Source: Octopus bimaculoides
Taxonomy: Eukaryota
DNA: 64,000 nt
Reading direction: 5' to 3'
NCBI RefSeq assembly: GCF_001194135.2
Contig: NC_068983.1
Span: 36,818,439-36,882,438 of the forward strand
In this document: piece by piece, positions 26,150 through 39,229 of the stretch
Layout of the letters: every line of letters begins with the position of its first letter
How positions within the stretch are numbered: the stretch's first letter is position 1
Notes under the pieces: model-generated
The model's input: only the letters and a program-made list of their open reading frames with translations
Database searches by the model: none
Told to the model about the DNA's origin: nothing
Program-made: the position numbers and the translations under genes

Positions 26150-26800
26150 TCTACTATAGACGAAAGGTAAAAAATTTTGAGGGGGAGGGGTAGTCGATTA
26201 TATCAATCTTGGCACTTATTTTATCAACCCGAAAGAATGAAAGGCAAAATAGACCTCAGACATTTGAACACAGAACGTAAAGGCGCAGTAAATAATAATG
26301 ATTTCAAATCTTGGCTCAAGGCCAGCAATTTCGGAGGATGGAGTAAGTTGATTACATTAACCCCAGTACTCAACTGGTACTTAATTTATCGACCCCGAAA
26401 AGATCAAAGGAAAACGTCAACCTCGGCGGAATTTGAACTCAGAACGTAAAGACGGACGAAATAGTAATAATAATCCTTTCTGCTCTAGGCACAAGGCCAG
26501 AAATTTTGGGGGAGGTGAGGGCCAGTCGATTATATCGACCCCAGTACGCAGCTAGTACTTAATTTATCAACCCCGAAAGGATGAAAGGCAAAGTCGACCT
26601 CGGCGGAATTTGAACTCAGAACGTAAAAACGGACGAAATAGTAATAATAATCCTTTCTACTATAGACACAACGTCTGAAATTTTGAGGGAGGGGACTGGT
26701 CGATGATATTGACCCCGAAAGGATGAAAGGTAAAGACGACCGAGATGGAATTTGAACTCAGAACAAAATGATACAATTTTCTTTGTTCGTTTTGACGTTC
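26150..26800 (-). mobile_element. Head-to-tail array of four truncated SINE B units
   Basis: Repeated core; junction acggacgaaatagtaataataatcctttct occurs twice. Confidence 0.85.
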
Positions 26801-27605
26801 TCACGATTCTGTCGGTGTAAAAGTATTCATAGTTCTTTTTACATAGTTTATAAATGAATGACTACGAAATATTCACGAAGTACAGGAGTGACCCCTCAAG
26901 GGAGTAATGAATATTAAAATCCCAATTAACCTAATTCACAAGCAGAAATTAATTGCCTTACGAAGCTAGTTTACTTCCCTTATGTTACTTATGTCTTTGA
27001 GATAGGAATGACGACCACACAATCCCATTTCCTTTCGTGATAAATTTTTAGGCACGTTTAAAGTATGCATAAATTTATATATGTCTGCCGAATAAACATT
27101 GACAGGAAACTTTAAAAGGATTAAACACAGAAAAACTGGACAGAAAGAAAATAAGTGAAACCAACAATAAAGCCTATACGTGGCTGCACAACCTGCTAAA
27201 AATGACAGCCAGATCTCCTTCAAACCACATCTAACCGCCTGAACAAAGAACACTTTGGATAATGCAGTCTGGAGAACACTAGACATAATAAAAAAGAAAA
27301 AAGAGATGGTCACGTTTTTTTTTTGTTTTTTTTAAATCATAGGCCTATTCGATCAGGACTGAAATGGGGTCAAAAAATAAAGGAACGGATTAAATTTCAT
27401 CGCATCCTTCCCGAAACCGAGAGCAAATCTCACAAACAGTAGGGCCTTTTTTTTCTTTTCTTTGTCTCCGATATCGCTACTCCAAGAGAAAATTGACAAT
27501 ATGTCAAGTAAAGAATGTCCATTATAAGAAAAGAATATATATATAACTAAGAAATATGGTAAAATAGTCACACGCTAATTGCTTTTATGTACTGGATCTT
27601 TGCAG

Positions 27606-27677
27606 AGACTGTCCTACCTCATCACAGAGGTCCTTTCGCTTCCGAATTTTTCCCGGTTTTAGCTGATGCCACAGGAA
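27606..27677 (+). CDS. Candidate 72-nt phase 1-1 exon (xTVLPHHRGPFASEFFPVLADATG)
   Basis: gctaat...gatctttgcag acceptor; gaa|gtaaac donor; only the phase-1 frame is open. Confidence 0.3.
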
Positions 27678-29394
27678 GTAAACATGTTACACAACTGCAT
27701 GAAATAACTAACACACAGGTATATCGGTATCCGTGTTTTGTATATGTAATAGATTATCCATAAACTATCCATATTATGTCATTAATCACACACACACACA
27801 CACACACGGCATAGCTTGTCAGGTCTCATTATACATCATTGTACTTAACGACAGCCAATGATGAATTGTGACAGCTACAACTAGAGCATTACCCCACATT
27901 GCACCTCTTGACATCTGAACCGAGACCTGACAAAAGAACAGGTGTCACCGAAAGAGGAGGGCCTTATTAAATACATACACTCACAATGCCGTATGTTATT
28001 TATTTAAGCGCCAAACCAAACCTAACTGGGGAGAAATTACTTTTTAGTATTTATTTTATGAAAGAAAAAAATTCTATTTGAATGGGCCTAATTTGTCATA
28101 AACACAACATTAATTATCATCACAAAATTTTGTTTCTCTGTACGCAATGAAATCTGTAACATNNNNNNNNNNNNNNNNNNNNNNNNNNNNNNNNNNNNNN
28201 NNNNNNNNNNNNNNNNNNNNNNNNNNNNNNNNNNNNNNNNNNNTTACACGACCCTTGATGTGGCACTAATAAAATTAAGAAAGTAGGAATGGTATCTTCA
28301 TGCTGCTAATATCTTACTGATTTACTTCAGTTACCATTATTGTTTGGAGCTGTGCATATTGTACATTTATTGTTGAAAAATTAGTCAACCTATAAAATGC
28401 AGGGAGGTTTTTATTTTATTTTACTTTTTTGCATGTTGAGATCCCAAAGGGAACCTTTAATTGCTATTGATCAATGGGATACGTGAAAAGGTTTAACTTT
28501 GAAATCAACAATTCAAGACGTCGAATTTTTTCTTCTTTTTTTTTTTGTTTGAAGTAAAAAAAAAAAGGGTGGGGGGTATATTTCAAGTTAAAAGCTTCAT
28601 ACATCATGAGAAAGAAAAAGGGTATTTATTTTTTTTTCCTAATGTTTTAAGTATTTGTGTTTCATACAACGGACATTTTTCAGAACTTTGCTACGAGACA
28701 ATGGGCTCCTAATCCGAAACCTCGATAGAATATGAATGTTGTCAAATCCAGATCTTACGCAAGGGGTATTTGCAACAAGATGGCAATCAAATCGAAATCT
28801 TGGAACTTAGAATGAATGCATAACAGCATTCATTTGAAAACACCAATTACAATTAAGAAAATGGATTAAAGTGGATAACCAAACAGACATGTAGCCAAAT
28901 GAATGCAATCATTCACCAAACGGATTCCATCTCACTAGTGTTGCTGTTTAGCCCTAGGTCAACCCCGGTTCGCAGAACCTATTATAAACGTCGGCGCAAC
29001 AAGGAACATCACGTTTTTTCTTTTAATTTTTTTCAAAGCATCCTTTACGTTAAAAGGGTATTTTAAGAGAAATTTAGCTGCTATTTTACCGAATCGTACA
29101 ACCTGTTTAGGGGTTTCCTCGTTGGCTCGAGCCTGTTGGTTTTCACAAGGAAGAATATCTCAGATTTCGAGTATATTCGAAAACCTTAACATCAAGTCTA
29201 ACTATAAAATGAAAAAAAAGGTTAGCCTTTACTCTCAAGCATGTATGAACTGGTGGATTGTTCCATACTTTCGCTAATTGTTTTAGGTGCCCGTATAGTT
29301 GCGAGTAGACATAGACACCCTCTTGGCCTCTTTGCTTGACCCAGCGAAATATCGAGGATGCAATAGTTGAAGGGAGAGAAGACTGTACCAACAG

Positions 29395-29520
29395 TCGGCT
29401 GGTAGTCATTTTCGGCTGAATAGATTGAAACAACGTGAAATGATGCGTCTTGCTCAATGGCACATGGTAATAGCCTGGCTCGGAAATCGAACCCACGACC
29501 CTGATCATTAGACCACCTAT
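29395..29520 (-). mobile_element. SINE family C fragment
   Basis: gtcttgctcaatggcaca...gaaatcgaacccacgacc, reverse complement of the family C head and core. Confidence 0.65.
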
Positions 29521-30254
29521 CATTTCATGATAGTCGCTATTAATTGCAGTCACATACCAATGTCCACTATTATAAAATGAAGCACTAAAGTGTAATAGTG
29601 ATACAACATATATCTACCTTCAGCGGCCCCTCCAGTGTCGCCTTACAATGTATTATTGATATAGGATGAAATACAGAAATATTTAAGAAAACTACTTCTG
29701 AGGTATGGGACTTCGAAGGCAGTTATTCCAAAATTCTGCCAAGATATTTTCGTAAAACAAGCCACAAAGGACAAGTGTTGCTAAATGAATCTACCTCAGT
29801 ACATCACTGGTACTATCATTTTTCTGGCAAGGCAAGAAACAGAGTTGTTAGATTATCGGACAAAATACGCTGCAGTATTGGTTTGGGATTGCTGTGCTCC
29901 GAGTTCAAACCCCATACATTACTTTTCATTTTTTATTTTTCGAGGTTTATAAAATATTACTCAAAAACTGGGATAAAATTCTTTCCAACAATCTCTCTTT
30001 TTTTTTCTCGGTACCGATTATATTCAAGAAAGGAGCACTTCCACTGTTATCCGCACGAATCCTTTATCAACCCCACAATCATTTTGCGAACTTGATAAGG
30101 AAAAAAAAACCCCAATTTTAATGGCTACAGAGAGATGATACGTAAACTTAGGTAATATTTGAACTTGTATTGCAAGAATGCAAGTATTGAACACTTGATG
30201 TATTCCGTCCGTTGCATTACCGTTTCTGCCACTCGACCACCTTAATGTACAACT

Positions 30255-30420
30255 ACTCATAGCGGCAGCAGTAGCCACAGCAGTAGCAGAACTAGTAGCA
30301 CTAGCATGGATAGATAGAGCAGAAGTAGTAGTAGCGATGATAGTAGTAGTAGCAATAGTAGAAGTAGCAGTAGTAATAGTGGTTGTTGTAATAGTAGTAG
30401 CAGTAATAGCAGTAGTAGAA
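30255..30420. repeat. Degenerate (AGT/AGC)n trinucleotide tract
   Basis: Direct inspection. Confidence 0.9.
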
Positions 30421-30984
30421 TATCATCTGTTCATTTGTCCAACAACGGAGTCAATGGAGACACACTGGAGTGAGTTCAGTCACTAGTAATTAACATAATT
30501 TGTTGACAGTGGGGCAAAGAGGAGAACTATAATTGTTCCATATCTAGCTGTTGTTGTGATTGTTGTTCGTAAGAGTGTTTACCATTTGCCATCACACTGA
30601 ATAGTTTGCAATTAAATTATTTATGAATTAAAGATCACATCAGGGCCGATGACATCTGGTTTCCATTGCTTCAAAGACTAATAAAGATATATATATATAT
30701 TTGCGTAAAAATCAATCAATCACGCACACACAGATACAAATGGCCGAGATATTAAACTATTGGCTTAGAAGTTAGGGGTAGATGTTTTACTGCATCTGGG
30801 GTTAAAGACATTTGATTCTTCGGTTACTATTAATCATTAAACCAGAGTCAAGCTGGTTGAAGAAATTCTGGATCAAACCTGTTTTAGCCGAAACCCTTCG
30901 GTTTCCAGTCAGCAGAGGACCAAGTGGAGGCAGTCGGTCTTCAGATCGAATCAAGGGAGCCACCACTCACTACTCCGAATTGGT

Positions 30985-31200
30985 TTCAAAATTGGCACAA
31001 GGCCAGCAATTTCAGGGGAGCGACTAAGTCGATTATATTGACTCCTGTGCGAAATTGGTACTTAATTTAATCGACCCCCCCCCCGCGAAAGGATGAAAAG
31101 CAAAGTCGACCTCGGCAGCGTTTTGAACTCAGAACGTAAAGACGGACGAAATGCCGTTAAGCGTTTTGCCCGGCGCGCTAACGATTCTACCGGCTCGCTG
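30985..31200 (-). mobile_element. SINE family B
   Basis: ggcacaaggccagc...aaagtcgacctcggcagcgttttgaactcagaacgtaaagacggacgaaatgcc. Confidence 0.85.
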
Positions 31201-32214
31201 TTTTACTCCAAATTGCTAATACTATTTGTTGGTCGCAACCCTGGACAGAAGTGTCACTGTTTTTCGGTGAAAGGGTGAGATTTGAACNNNNNNNNNNNNN
31301 NNNNNNNNNNNNNNNNNNNNNNNNNNNNNNNNNNNNNNNNNNNNNNNNNNNNNNNNNNNNNNNNNNNNNNNNNNNNNNNNNNNNNNNNNGTAACTAGGAC
31401 GGCATCCAACGTGCTCTTCCTACTTCGTAATCTGATAGCAAACTAAAATTTAAATTTGCCTGTTAATTCTAGCAGGTTGAGCAACCGGATAGAGATCTCT
31501 CCCCCATTGGCTCGTTTATTTCTAAATCTCCTACTAAACAATCACGAAGTTATAGGTATCCGAGTGCAGAGAACCTAGAAATTCTAATTAAAAATTAGAT
31601 CCGAAGTGAGGAGAGAGAAAAAATATCTGAAGTATTATTTCTGGTCAAGGGCGACAACTCCATTTAAGTTTTTTTTTTTTTAAATTGGACGTCGTGCAAA
31701 TCTGATTCTTGGCAATGTGGTGACAGCTCCGAGTAAGTTTCAGTATTATCAAACCTCATCAGTAAAACGTAGTTTTCTGGGATAATTAACCCCATCTCAA
31801 TCGAAGGCAGTGGACGTTAGTGCGTTAGATCGAATACCTTGTATTTATTTCAGCACTATGCATTCTGAGTTCAAATCTCGCCCGGTTACCGAAAAACGGT
31901 GACACTTCTGTCAGAAGTTGCGATCAACAGATAGCGTCAATGAAAAACACTTTCCTTTGTTCGACTGGCAGATCAACCACCACGACCACCATCATCCCTA
32001 CATATCCTTGATCGAGCAGTCTTATAATAAAAAAAAACAAACAAACCATGACCATCCTGTCTTGTTTTGTTTTTTTGCCAGCAAAAGCGTACCCCCAAAC
32101 TATTATCCCTTTGGTTTTATCAATAGTCTGGTTTGACACGCTGCTATTTCTAGCAGATTTAGCGATCACATAGAAATTCCATCGATGTCTCTTATGCTTA
32201 ACGGTTACAGACCG

Positions 32215-32320
32215 GACATTTACACTTTAGCGTACAGTTTAACCCTAACCCAGATCAGGACATTTCACAGTGTATAGACTATGGATACTGCGGTAGACCG
32301 CACGCTAAAGTAACACTGGT
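32215..32320 (-). mobile_element. Small TTAGGG-cored element, copy 1
   Basis: Reverse complement aligns by eye with 48030-48145. Confidence 0.6.
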
Positions 32321-32580
32321 AAAAAAATTACATCATAAACTGAAATAAAAGTAAAGAAAAAAACTACAGAACCTGGAATGAAGTACTGTCCCTCAGTGTG
32401 AATTATTTGTTAGAGCGAAATCAGTTCCAAAACCTACACAAGGCAATTCCTACTTTAACAACAGAATATAAATTATTGGTTTCTTAAGTTTTATGTTAGT
32501 GGAGGTTTCTGTATTTTAAGAGAAAGGGAAATGAAAACTTGCGATATCCACGAATTTCCTGAGGGTATTGGTAATAAAAC

Positions 32581-32810
32581 TGGGGCGGAGTAGCTTCAAT
32601 CGGGAATTGAAATTGTTGGGCGGCTAATCTCGCCTTAAATGGACGCTCGCCGGGCGGCAAACCTCGCCCAAATCGAACGCACAACGGGCGGCAAACCCCG
32701 CCCAAATCGAACGCAACCAATCGAAGTTTTCTATATATTGATTTCTTTCGATTATGCTTTGGTCGGCAGCAGAGAAAAGCAGAATAGTGATTAGATCTTA
32801 GGAACAAAAG
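32581..32810 (+). promoter_or_regulatory. CpG-rich GC-box/CCAAT cluster followed by a strong 5' splice site
   Basis: GGGGCGGAGT at about 32582, three more GGGCGG, a CCAAT near 32717, and aag|gtatga at 32810/32811. Confidence 0.45.
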
Positions 32811-34374
32811 GTATGAAAATATTGTCGTTTGAATAGTTAAAATATTGGTATCTTTATCGTCTACAAAGGAAGAAAAATATATAAGAAAAAGTCGATTCCA
32901 GCAAGGCTTGAACACAATGAGGTACCTCACTTGATCAGATCCCCTAAAGCAGCGAGTCTGTTTTGTCATGGCCATACCCGCTGTATGTAGGCACAGACAT
33001 AGCTTAGTGAAGGTTACTTTAGAATCACAAAATCTTAGCTTCGATCCTAGTACGTGCAGTCTTTATCCCTCGGATCCACTCATGCCTTGTGAAAAAGAGC
33101 AATTAGATGGGCGGAAACTGTGTAGAAGCCCGTTAGATGGATTGTACCGGCATAGCAAAGGTCCAGTCTCGTTATATATTGTGTCAGGCCGATTCGTGCT
33201 AGGAAATACATTAAAGGTACGCATTTTTGTTGGATAAAATTCTTTCCTTTCGTCAAAATTTCTCCTTCATAGTCCTTTGCACTAAGTGGCGCCTGGCTTT
33301 GTTTGGGACTTTCTTAGATTAAAGAAAAAGAATCCGTTACGTATTCGACCATTTAACATGTACGACGTTGAAATAACTTATCGAACAACTGAAAGCTCAT
33401 CGTCGAAATTGAAGGAGGACCTTTGTTCTGTTGCGTTTTCTTCACGCCGTTTAACAACGATTGGATTGCAATTTTGAGCAATGAATAGATAGAATAATTG
33501 TTACGACCTGATTTGAAAACACATGAAAGGGAACCGACATCGGCACTCAATAACGATTAACATAAACACGATAGACTGAAAACCAAGTAAACGTGACCCT
33601 GCACCAGCTGTTCGCTAACTGAATACAACAAGGAATTTATCAATCAGCTTTTGTTTAAAGTTAACGTATATTTATATCAGTGAATGATCAGCTTCAAGTT
33701 GGTTTTTACGTACGTTTGAACAATTCAAGTTTAAAATTGGTTTGAAAGAAAATTCTTTCAGAATGGAATGAAATTTATGATAGAAAAGTAAGATTAAAGC
33801 TTTTGAAGATGTAATGTAAAGAAGGAAGTCGGTAAGAGAGAGAGAAAGAGTGAGAGAAAGAAAGGAAGGAGAGAATGAGAAACAAGAGAAAGAAAGTAAG
33901 TAAACGAAAAAAAAGTGAAAGACAAAGAAAGAAAAAAGTAACAAAGAGAGAAAGATAAAGACCAAGAGAAAGAAACAAAGAAAAGGAATATATATGCATG
34001 CATATGTGCGCGCGCGCGTGCGTGCGTGCGTGCGTGCGTGTGTGTGTGTGTGTAAAATAATTGGGTTAAAACGCCTTAACTTCAGTTAACCCCTTTCTAC
34101 TTCGATTACTAATTAATATCAGTAGAATCCATTATAAGGGACAGCATTCATATTCTACAGAACCTGACGTTGTACTTTTTCAAAAGATGAAAACCAGTAA
34201 TTCTTATTCCTTAACGATTAATAAAGTAAATGTAAGATTTCTTACTAAAAAGTTGAGCGAGGCTAGGTTCTTTAGCCCTTGGTCAACTTTGACAGGACAA
34301 ACTTATGATCTGTACCTTAAAAAAAAAAATTGGCGGTATCTAATCTTAAATTAGCCAATATACTCTTGTTTAAG

Positions 34375-34920
34375 TGCGGCGAGCTGGCAGAATCGTTCGC
34401 AACGCCGGGCGAAATGCTTAGCAGTATTTCGTCTGTCTTTATACACTCCGAGTTCAAATTCCATCATGGTCGATTAAATAAGTACCAGTAACGCACTGGG
34501 GTCGATGTAATCGACTTAATCCCTTTGTCTGTCCTTGTTTGTCCCCTCTATGTTTAGCCCCCCCCCCTGTGGGCAATAAAGAATTAAAGGTACTCTTGCT
34601 TAAAACTCGAGTTCCATTTGAGGGGGATTAAGCTACTGCTTTGAGCCGGTCGTCGAGCAAGACTCTCCAATATATACAGACTAACAAAATATGATTCGGG
34701 TACTTTAAATACCCATTGAATAGGGACGTTATTAGTTGGCTCGTCGGACAAAATGCTTAGCGGCATTTCTTCGAGCGCTTTATGTTCTCAGTTCAAATAC
34801 TACCATTTTCTTCCTTTCGAGATCGATAAAAGAAAGTACCCGTCAAATACTGGAATCTATGTAATCGACTAACACCCTCCCCACCCCTAGTTACTGGTCT
34901 TGTATCAAAATTTGAAGCCA
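34375..34920 (+). mobile_element. SINE family B copies
   Basis: Head gcggcgagctggcagaatcg, core and tail ttgtcccctctatgtttagcc. Confidence 0.85.
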
Positions 34921-36554
34921 TAATTCTAAGGACAGTATGTTTCAGCTTTAACTCTCATCTCTCCAGAATGGGGCTTTCATCAATTGAGTGCCATTCGATT
35001 AGTAATCCCTTTTCCTATAAATGTCTGGCCCTCTGCCTATTCAAAGTACGAATAACTAACTCTTAGATAACAAATGTGAAGTCAACAAAGGATCAGGGGA
35101 CCTGCTAGAAATGGGAGTCAAATCTCATTTAAATCACATCCTACACTCTGATAGAAAAAAGTTTAAGATGGGATGGTCGCAATTAGAACGACTGGTTAAG
35201 TTTGTTTGATAAGGATAGACAGAGGAATAAATAAAGAACAGGGTAAGCACAAAGCTAAAGATATTTAGCAGAAGAAAGAAATGTGATTCTATGACATTCA
35301 TCCCTTTTCGAGAGTGTTATGATGTTATCGGAGATTGAAACTTGGATCGACTTTATTGATGTTGCTTGTTGTCTGTACCCAAGTCAGCCCAGATCGGGTT
35401 TTGTTTATATATAATTAACTATATTCACTATATAGTCATTATATATCAACGACTATGAATAGTCTTTCTTTAAATTAAAATGAAACTTGAGGGAGATTTA
35501 GCTGCTATTTCTAGCACGTTGAGTAACTCAATAGCAGCTCTTTCGGTCGGTGTTGAATGGACTCGAATTTAATCGTTTTACCAAACATCGGACGGAGTTT
35601 TGGAATAACTGTCCTTCGAAGTCCCATACCTCATGAAGAAAGGAAATGGTAAAGATGGGATGGGGAGCAACAATGTAAAAACAAATAAATAAATTGAACG
35701 AAATTTTTGGAAAAATATTTACCACACTCGTAACTGCCATTGAAACACAGGAATTTAAAAAAATCTGAAGTAAAAACTACTTTTTCCCTTTCCCAAGAGG
35801 CACGGGACTTCGAGTTTATTCCAAAGCTCCGTCAAACTGTGGATATCAGAAAATAGAACCTTTTAAATCTACCTGGACGTTTTTAATGTTCTTCTAAGTA
35901 CTTTTATAACGTGTATATATTTTAAAATGTTAGATTTATAACTATTACGCAAGACGATTCGCTGATCACATTATGCTTATACATACACATACATATTGAG
36001 GAGTCGTCGAATTGTTTCCCTCGCTCACAGCATTGTTTGAAAAGAAAAAAAAGGGCTTGGCGAAGTTGGCGGTAGAGTAGATGTTTCCCCCTCCCTTCCC
36101 TTCCACCCCGATCTTTATCTTTCAGTATAACTCCCACACGTATTCGTTGTGTAGTTGTTACACAAAACACACCCATTTAACACCCACATAAATATTTGAG
36201 GTAAAGTTCAAATACTACTCCGCTATCAATAACACACTACTTTACTTCTCTAGATACGCGCTAAGTCACCCTGCTCGCCCACATAATTCAAACATTCACA
36301 CACACACACAAAAGCAAATACCATTATATCAAATCTAATCGGATATCACAAGTTAAAATGTTGACAATAACTCTGGCGAATATCTTGTAATGAAGCCGTA
36401 TTCTTCTTTTACAATAAGCAGGATCGAATCATGTGATGTTCTAATGGGAGACGAGAGTTGCATCAGAATTTCTGCTACTAATGACAACCAAACGGTTGGT
36501 TCTTCACTTAAAAAGCGATCCCCCACTACTTATACGTTAATAATATAAACAGAA

Positions 36555-36603
<49 letters not shown>

Positions 36604-38133
36604 TGTAAATATCAAATTATTTAAAATTGAGTGTGAAAATATTTGCAGTTAAATGAAATAAGAGTTTCTTTGAATTTGTTTTCTAAAACATGTGTCGACA
36701 ATCGCAACTGATTCCGTACGTTTTATGGGATTAAAAATAAACTTAAGTGTTTTATCTTCCAGACGATATTTTAGATTGTTGATTGTCAGAACTCTGAATA
36801 CCAACTTCCAATCGTTTCTAAGTTAGAGGGGATTTTTTTTTCTTCTAATATTTAAGGAAATTTCTTATATCTGCCACCCGTATTTTCTATTTTCCAGTTG
36901 TATTTACTGATACATAACAATTTATTGATAGTAGCAAACTGTATCTTAATTCAGTTAAGTTCTATATCTTAGCGATACTCCAAGATATAATTCTAAAAGG
37001 CTTTCCCTAACAGTCCAAAATAACAATTAAACTTCCTTAAATACTCAATAGTATTATATATTTATCAAAAGATGAGCAAAAACGGCACTTTAATCTGCTG
37101 TTTATATCAGCTGTAGATTTTTAAAACGAGTGATGAATTTATAGGTTTAACGAAATTACATTCAAAACGGCAAAACACATGTGTTCGGTTATTTTACACA
37201 CTTTCGTTCTTTTCTAAGCTACTAAAAATATTTAGATATTTTTTTAGAACACGTGTAGTATCAAATATGTTACAAATACACACACTTAGTTCTCGCCAAT
37301 TTTTTTTTTTTCTTTTGAAGACAACTAAAACTTAAACAACGGACGAAAGCATTTTAAATAAATTTAATGTAACGGTATGGAGTGAACTGTACTAACGATA
37401 ATAAACGAACTGGAAAATTTCCTACCTGCGTTTTTCTTATATAATCACATTATGTAACAGTTCTAGATAGAGTCAATCAAGAGTAGATTTGAAGAGGATG
37501 AGAGAAAAGAAAAAGTATTAGAGAAAAATACATGGAAAATATAAAAATGAACTATAGCCTTCGAAAAGGGACTTTTGAAAATAGTTAAAAAAACAAGGTA
37601 AAAAGTCTGTACAGCGTGATATAAGATTGTGTCACCGATTAAAGAATATTCGTACGCTGAAAAATATTGTTATATAATAAAAGATAAAAACACCTCACCT
37701 GTTATTTGTTTGGAGGCCATCGTAACATAAAGAGAAATGCTGTTTAGGAAAGAAAAGAAAAAAAGATACTGCATCATCTCCGTATGTCAATGAAAACTGC
37801 CGTCAGTCAGATACCCACGTTGGACTTTCGCTAAGTGTTTGCTACAACATCATGTAGATTGTAAAGTACTACGCCAGCAGCTCTGTGTCGACCAATGCCA
37901 ACCAGGTTGTGTAGTTTAACTGGTTTTATTTGGTAAGCTCCATCATAGTTTACTATCGTGGGCTACCCCCCGCGTCTTACTCGGCTCTGACATCATAACG
38001 TTATATTTATAACAGCGGTGGAATTCCCTCGCTGTCCAAACGGTATGGCGTTTCTTTATCACATTTCGTCCTCAAAATTAATCGTGTATAAACATACGCA
38101 CACAGCTATATGTATATATAGACACACACACAC

Positions 38134-38182
<49 letters not shown>

Positions 38183-38369
38183 CATACAAGACACACACAC
38201 TACCCTCACGTAGTTGAAAAGTTGTAAATATAAACCATGGCCTATCCATAATCAGTTACTGAATCAGCTGAATCAGTTATTAATTCATGAATACCACCGG
38301 CTTTTTTTTCTTTTTTTTTTTCGTGGTTAATAGAGTAAAATGTTCAAGTTTAGCATTACTATTAATTAC

Positions 38370-38590
38370 GAAGGCGGCGAGCTGGTGGAATCGTTAACAC
38401 GCCGGACAAAATGCTTAGCGGCATTTCGTTCGTCTTTACGTTCTGAGTTCAAAATGCTGCCGAGGTCGACTTTGCTCTTCATCCTTTTGGGAATCGATAA
38501 ATTAAGTACCAGCTTCGCACTGGGATCGATAAAATCGACTTCTCCCTCCCCACCGCCATTTCACGCCGTGTGCCTTTAGTACAAAGGATT
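38370..38590 (+). mobile_element. SINE family B
   Basis: aaggcggcgagctggtggaatcgttaac...gtgcctttagtacaaaggatt. Confidence 0.85.
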
Positions 38591-39162
38591 GTTATTATTG
38601 TTCGCGTCGCAGCTGACTGGCAAACACTTAAAACCTTCGACAGCCCAGTTCACGTAATAACAAATAGTTACCACTGGGAATACAATTCAGCTGTAAGTAG
38701 AAAGAAACTGTAATAGTGACAAGGAAAAAAAAAAGGAGACAGAAAAAAAGGAAAGACAAAAAAAAAATGGAGAAAGAAAAGAAAAAAAAACTCTTCGATA
38801 CCTTGAAGAGCTAAGTTCAAATCGTTCCATGGATAGCTGATAGACAGGTTAATTTATTCCCCAACCTTGTTACTAAATACACAGAATAACTGGAAGTGTG
38901 ATATTCCACAGGTGGTTATCATGTTTTATAAGGTTATTAAACATATTCTTTAAAATCTTTCGAAGACGTACATAGATGCGGGTCAAGGAAGTTGAGTTGA
39001 CAGAGTCGTTAAAGTGTTGAATAGGTTGCTTTGCGGTATTTCTTCCGTCTCTTTACGTTCTGAGTTCAAATTCCACCGATGTCAGTATTGCCTTTCATCC
39101 TTTCGGGATCAATAAATAAGATTTCACACCCTGACTGAAGGTGATTCTTTTCTTTCTTTCAG

Positions 39163-39229
39163 AAATCGCCTGGGATCAGTCCTGGAAAATAATAGACACC
39201 ACCGGGTCTAAAAATGCCTAAGACACACT
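39163..39229 (+). other. Candidate 67-nt exon (UTR-like; could end in ATG CCT AAG ACA CAC T)
   Basis: Strong acceptor attcttttctttctttcag; donor act|gtaagt. Confidence 0.3.

Noticed and set aside
30255-30470. Ser-rich frame ending at gga|gtgagt
   Set aside because: An (AGT)n microsatellite with no acceptor tract and an upstream stop.
31700-31760. CTGATGA...GAAA on the minus strand (similar partial motifs near 17715, 25060 and 52120)
   Set aside because: Stems I, II or III do not form, so these are not hammerheads.
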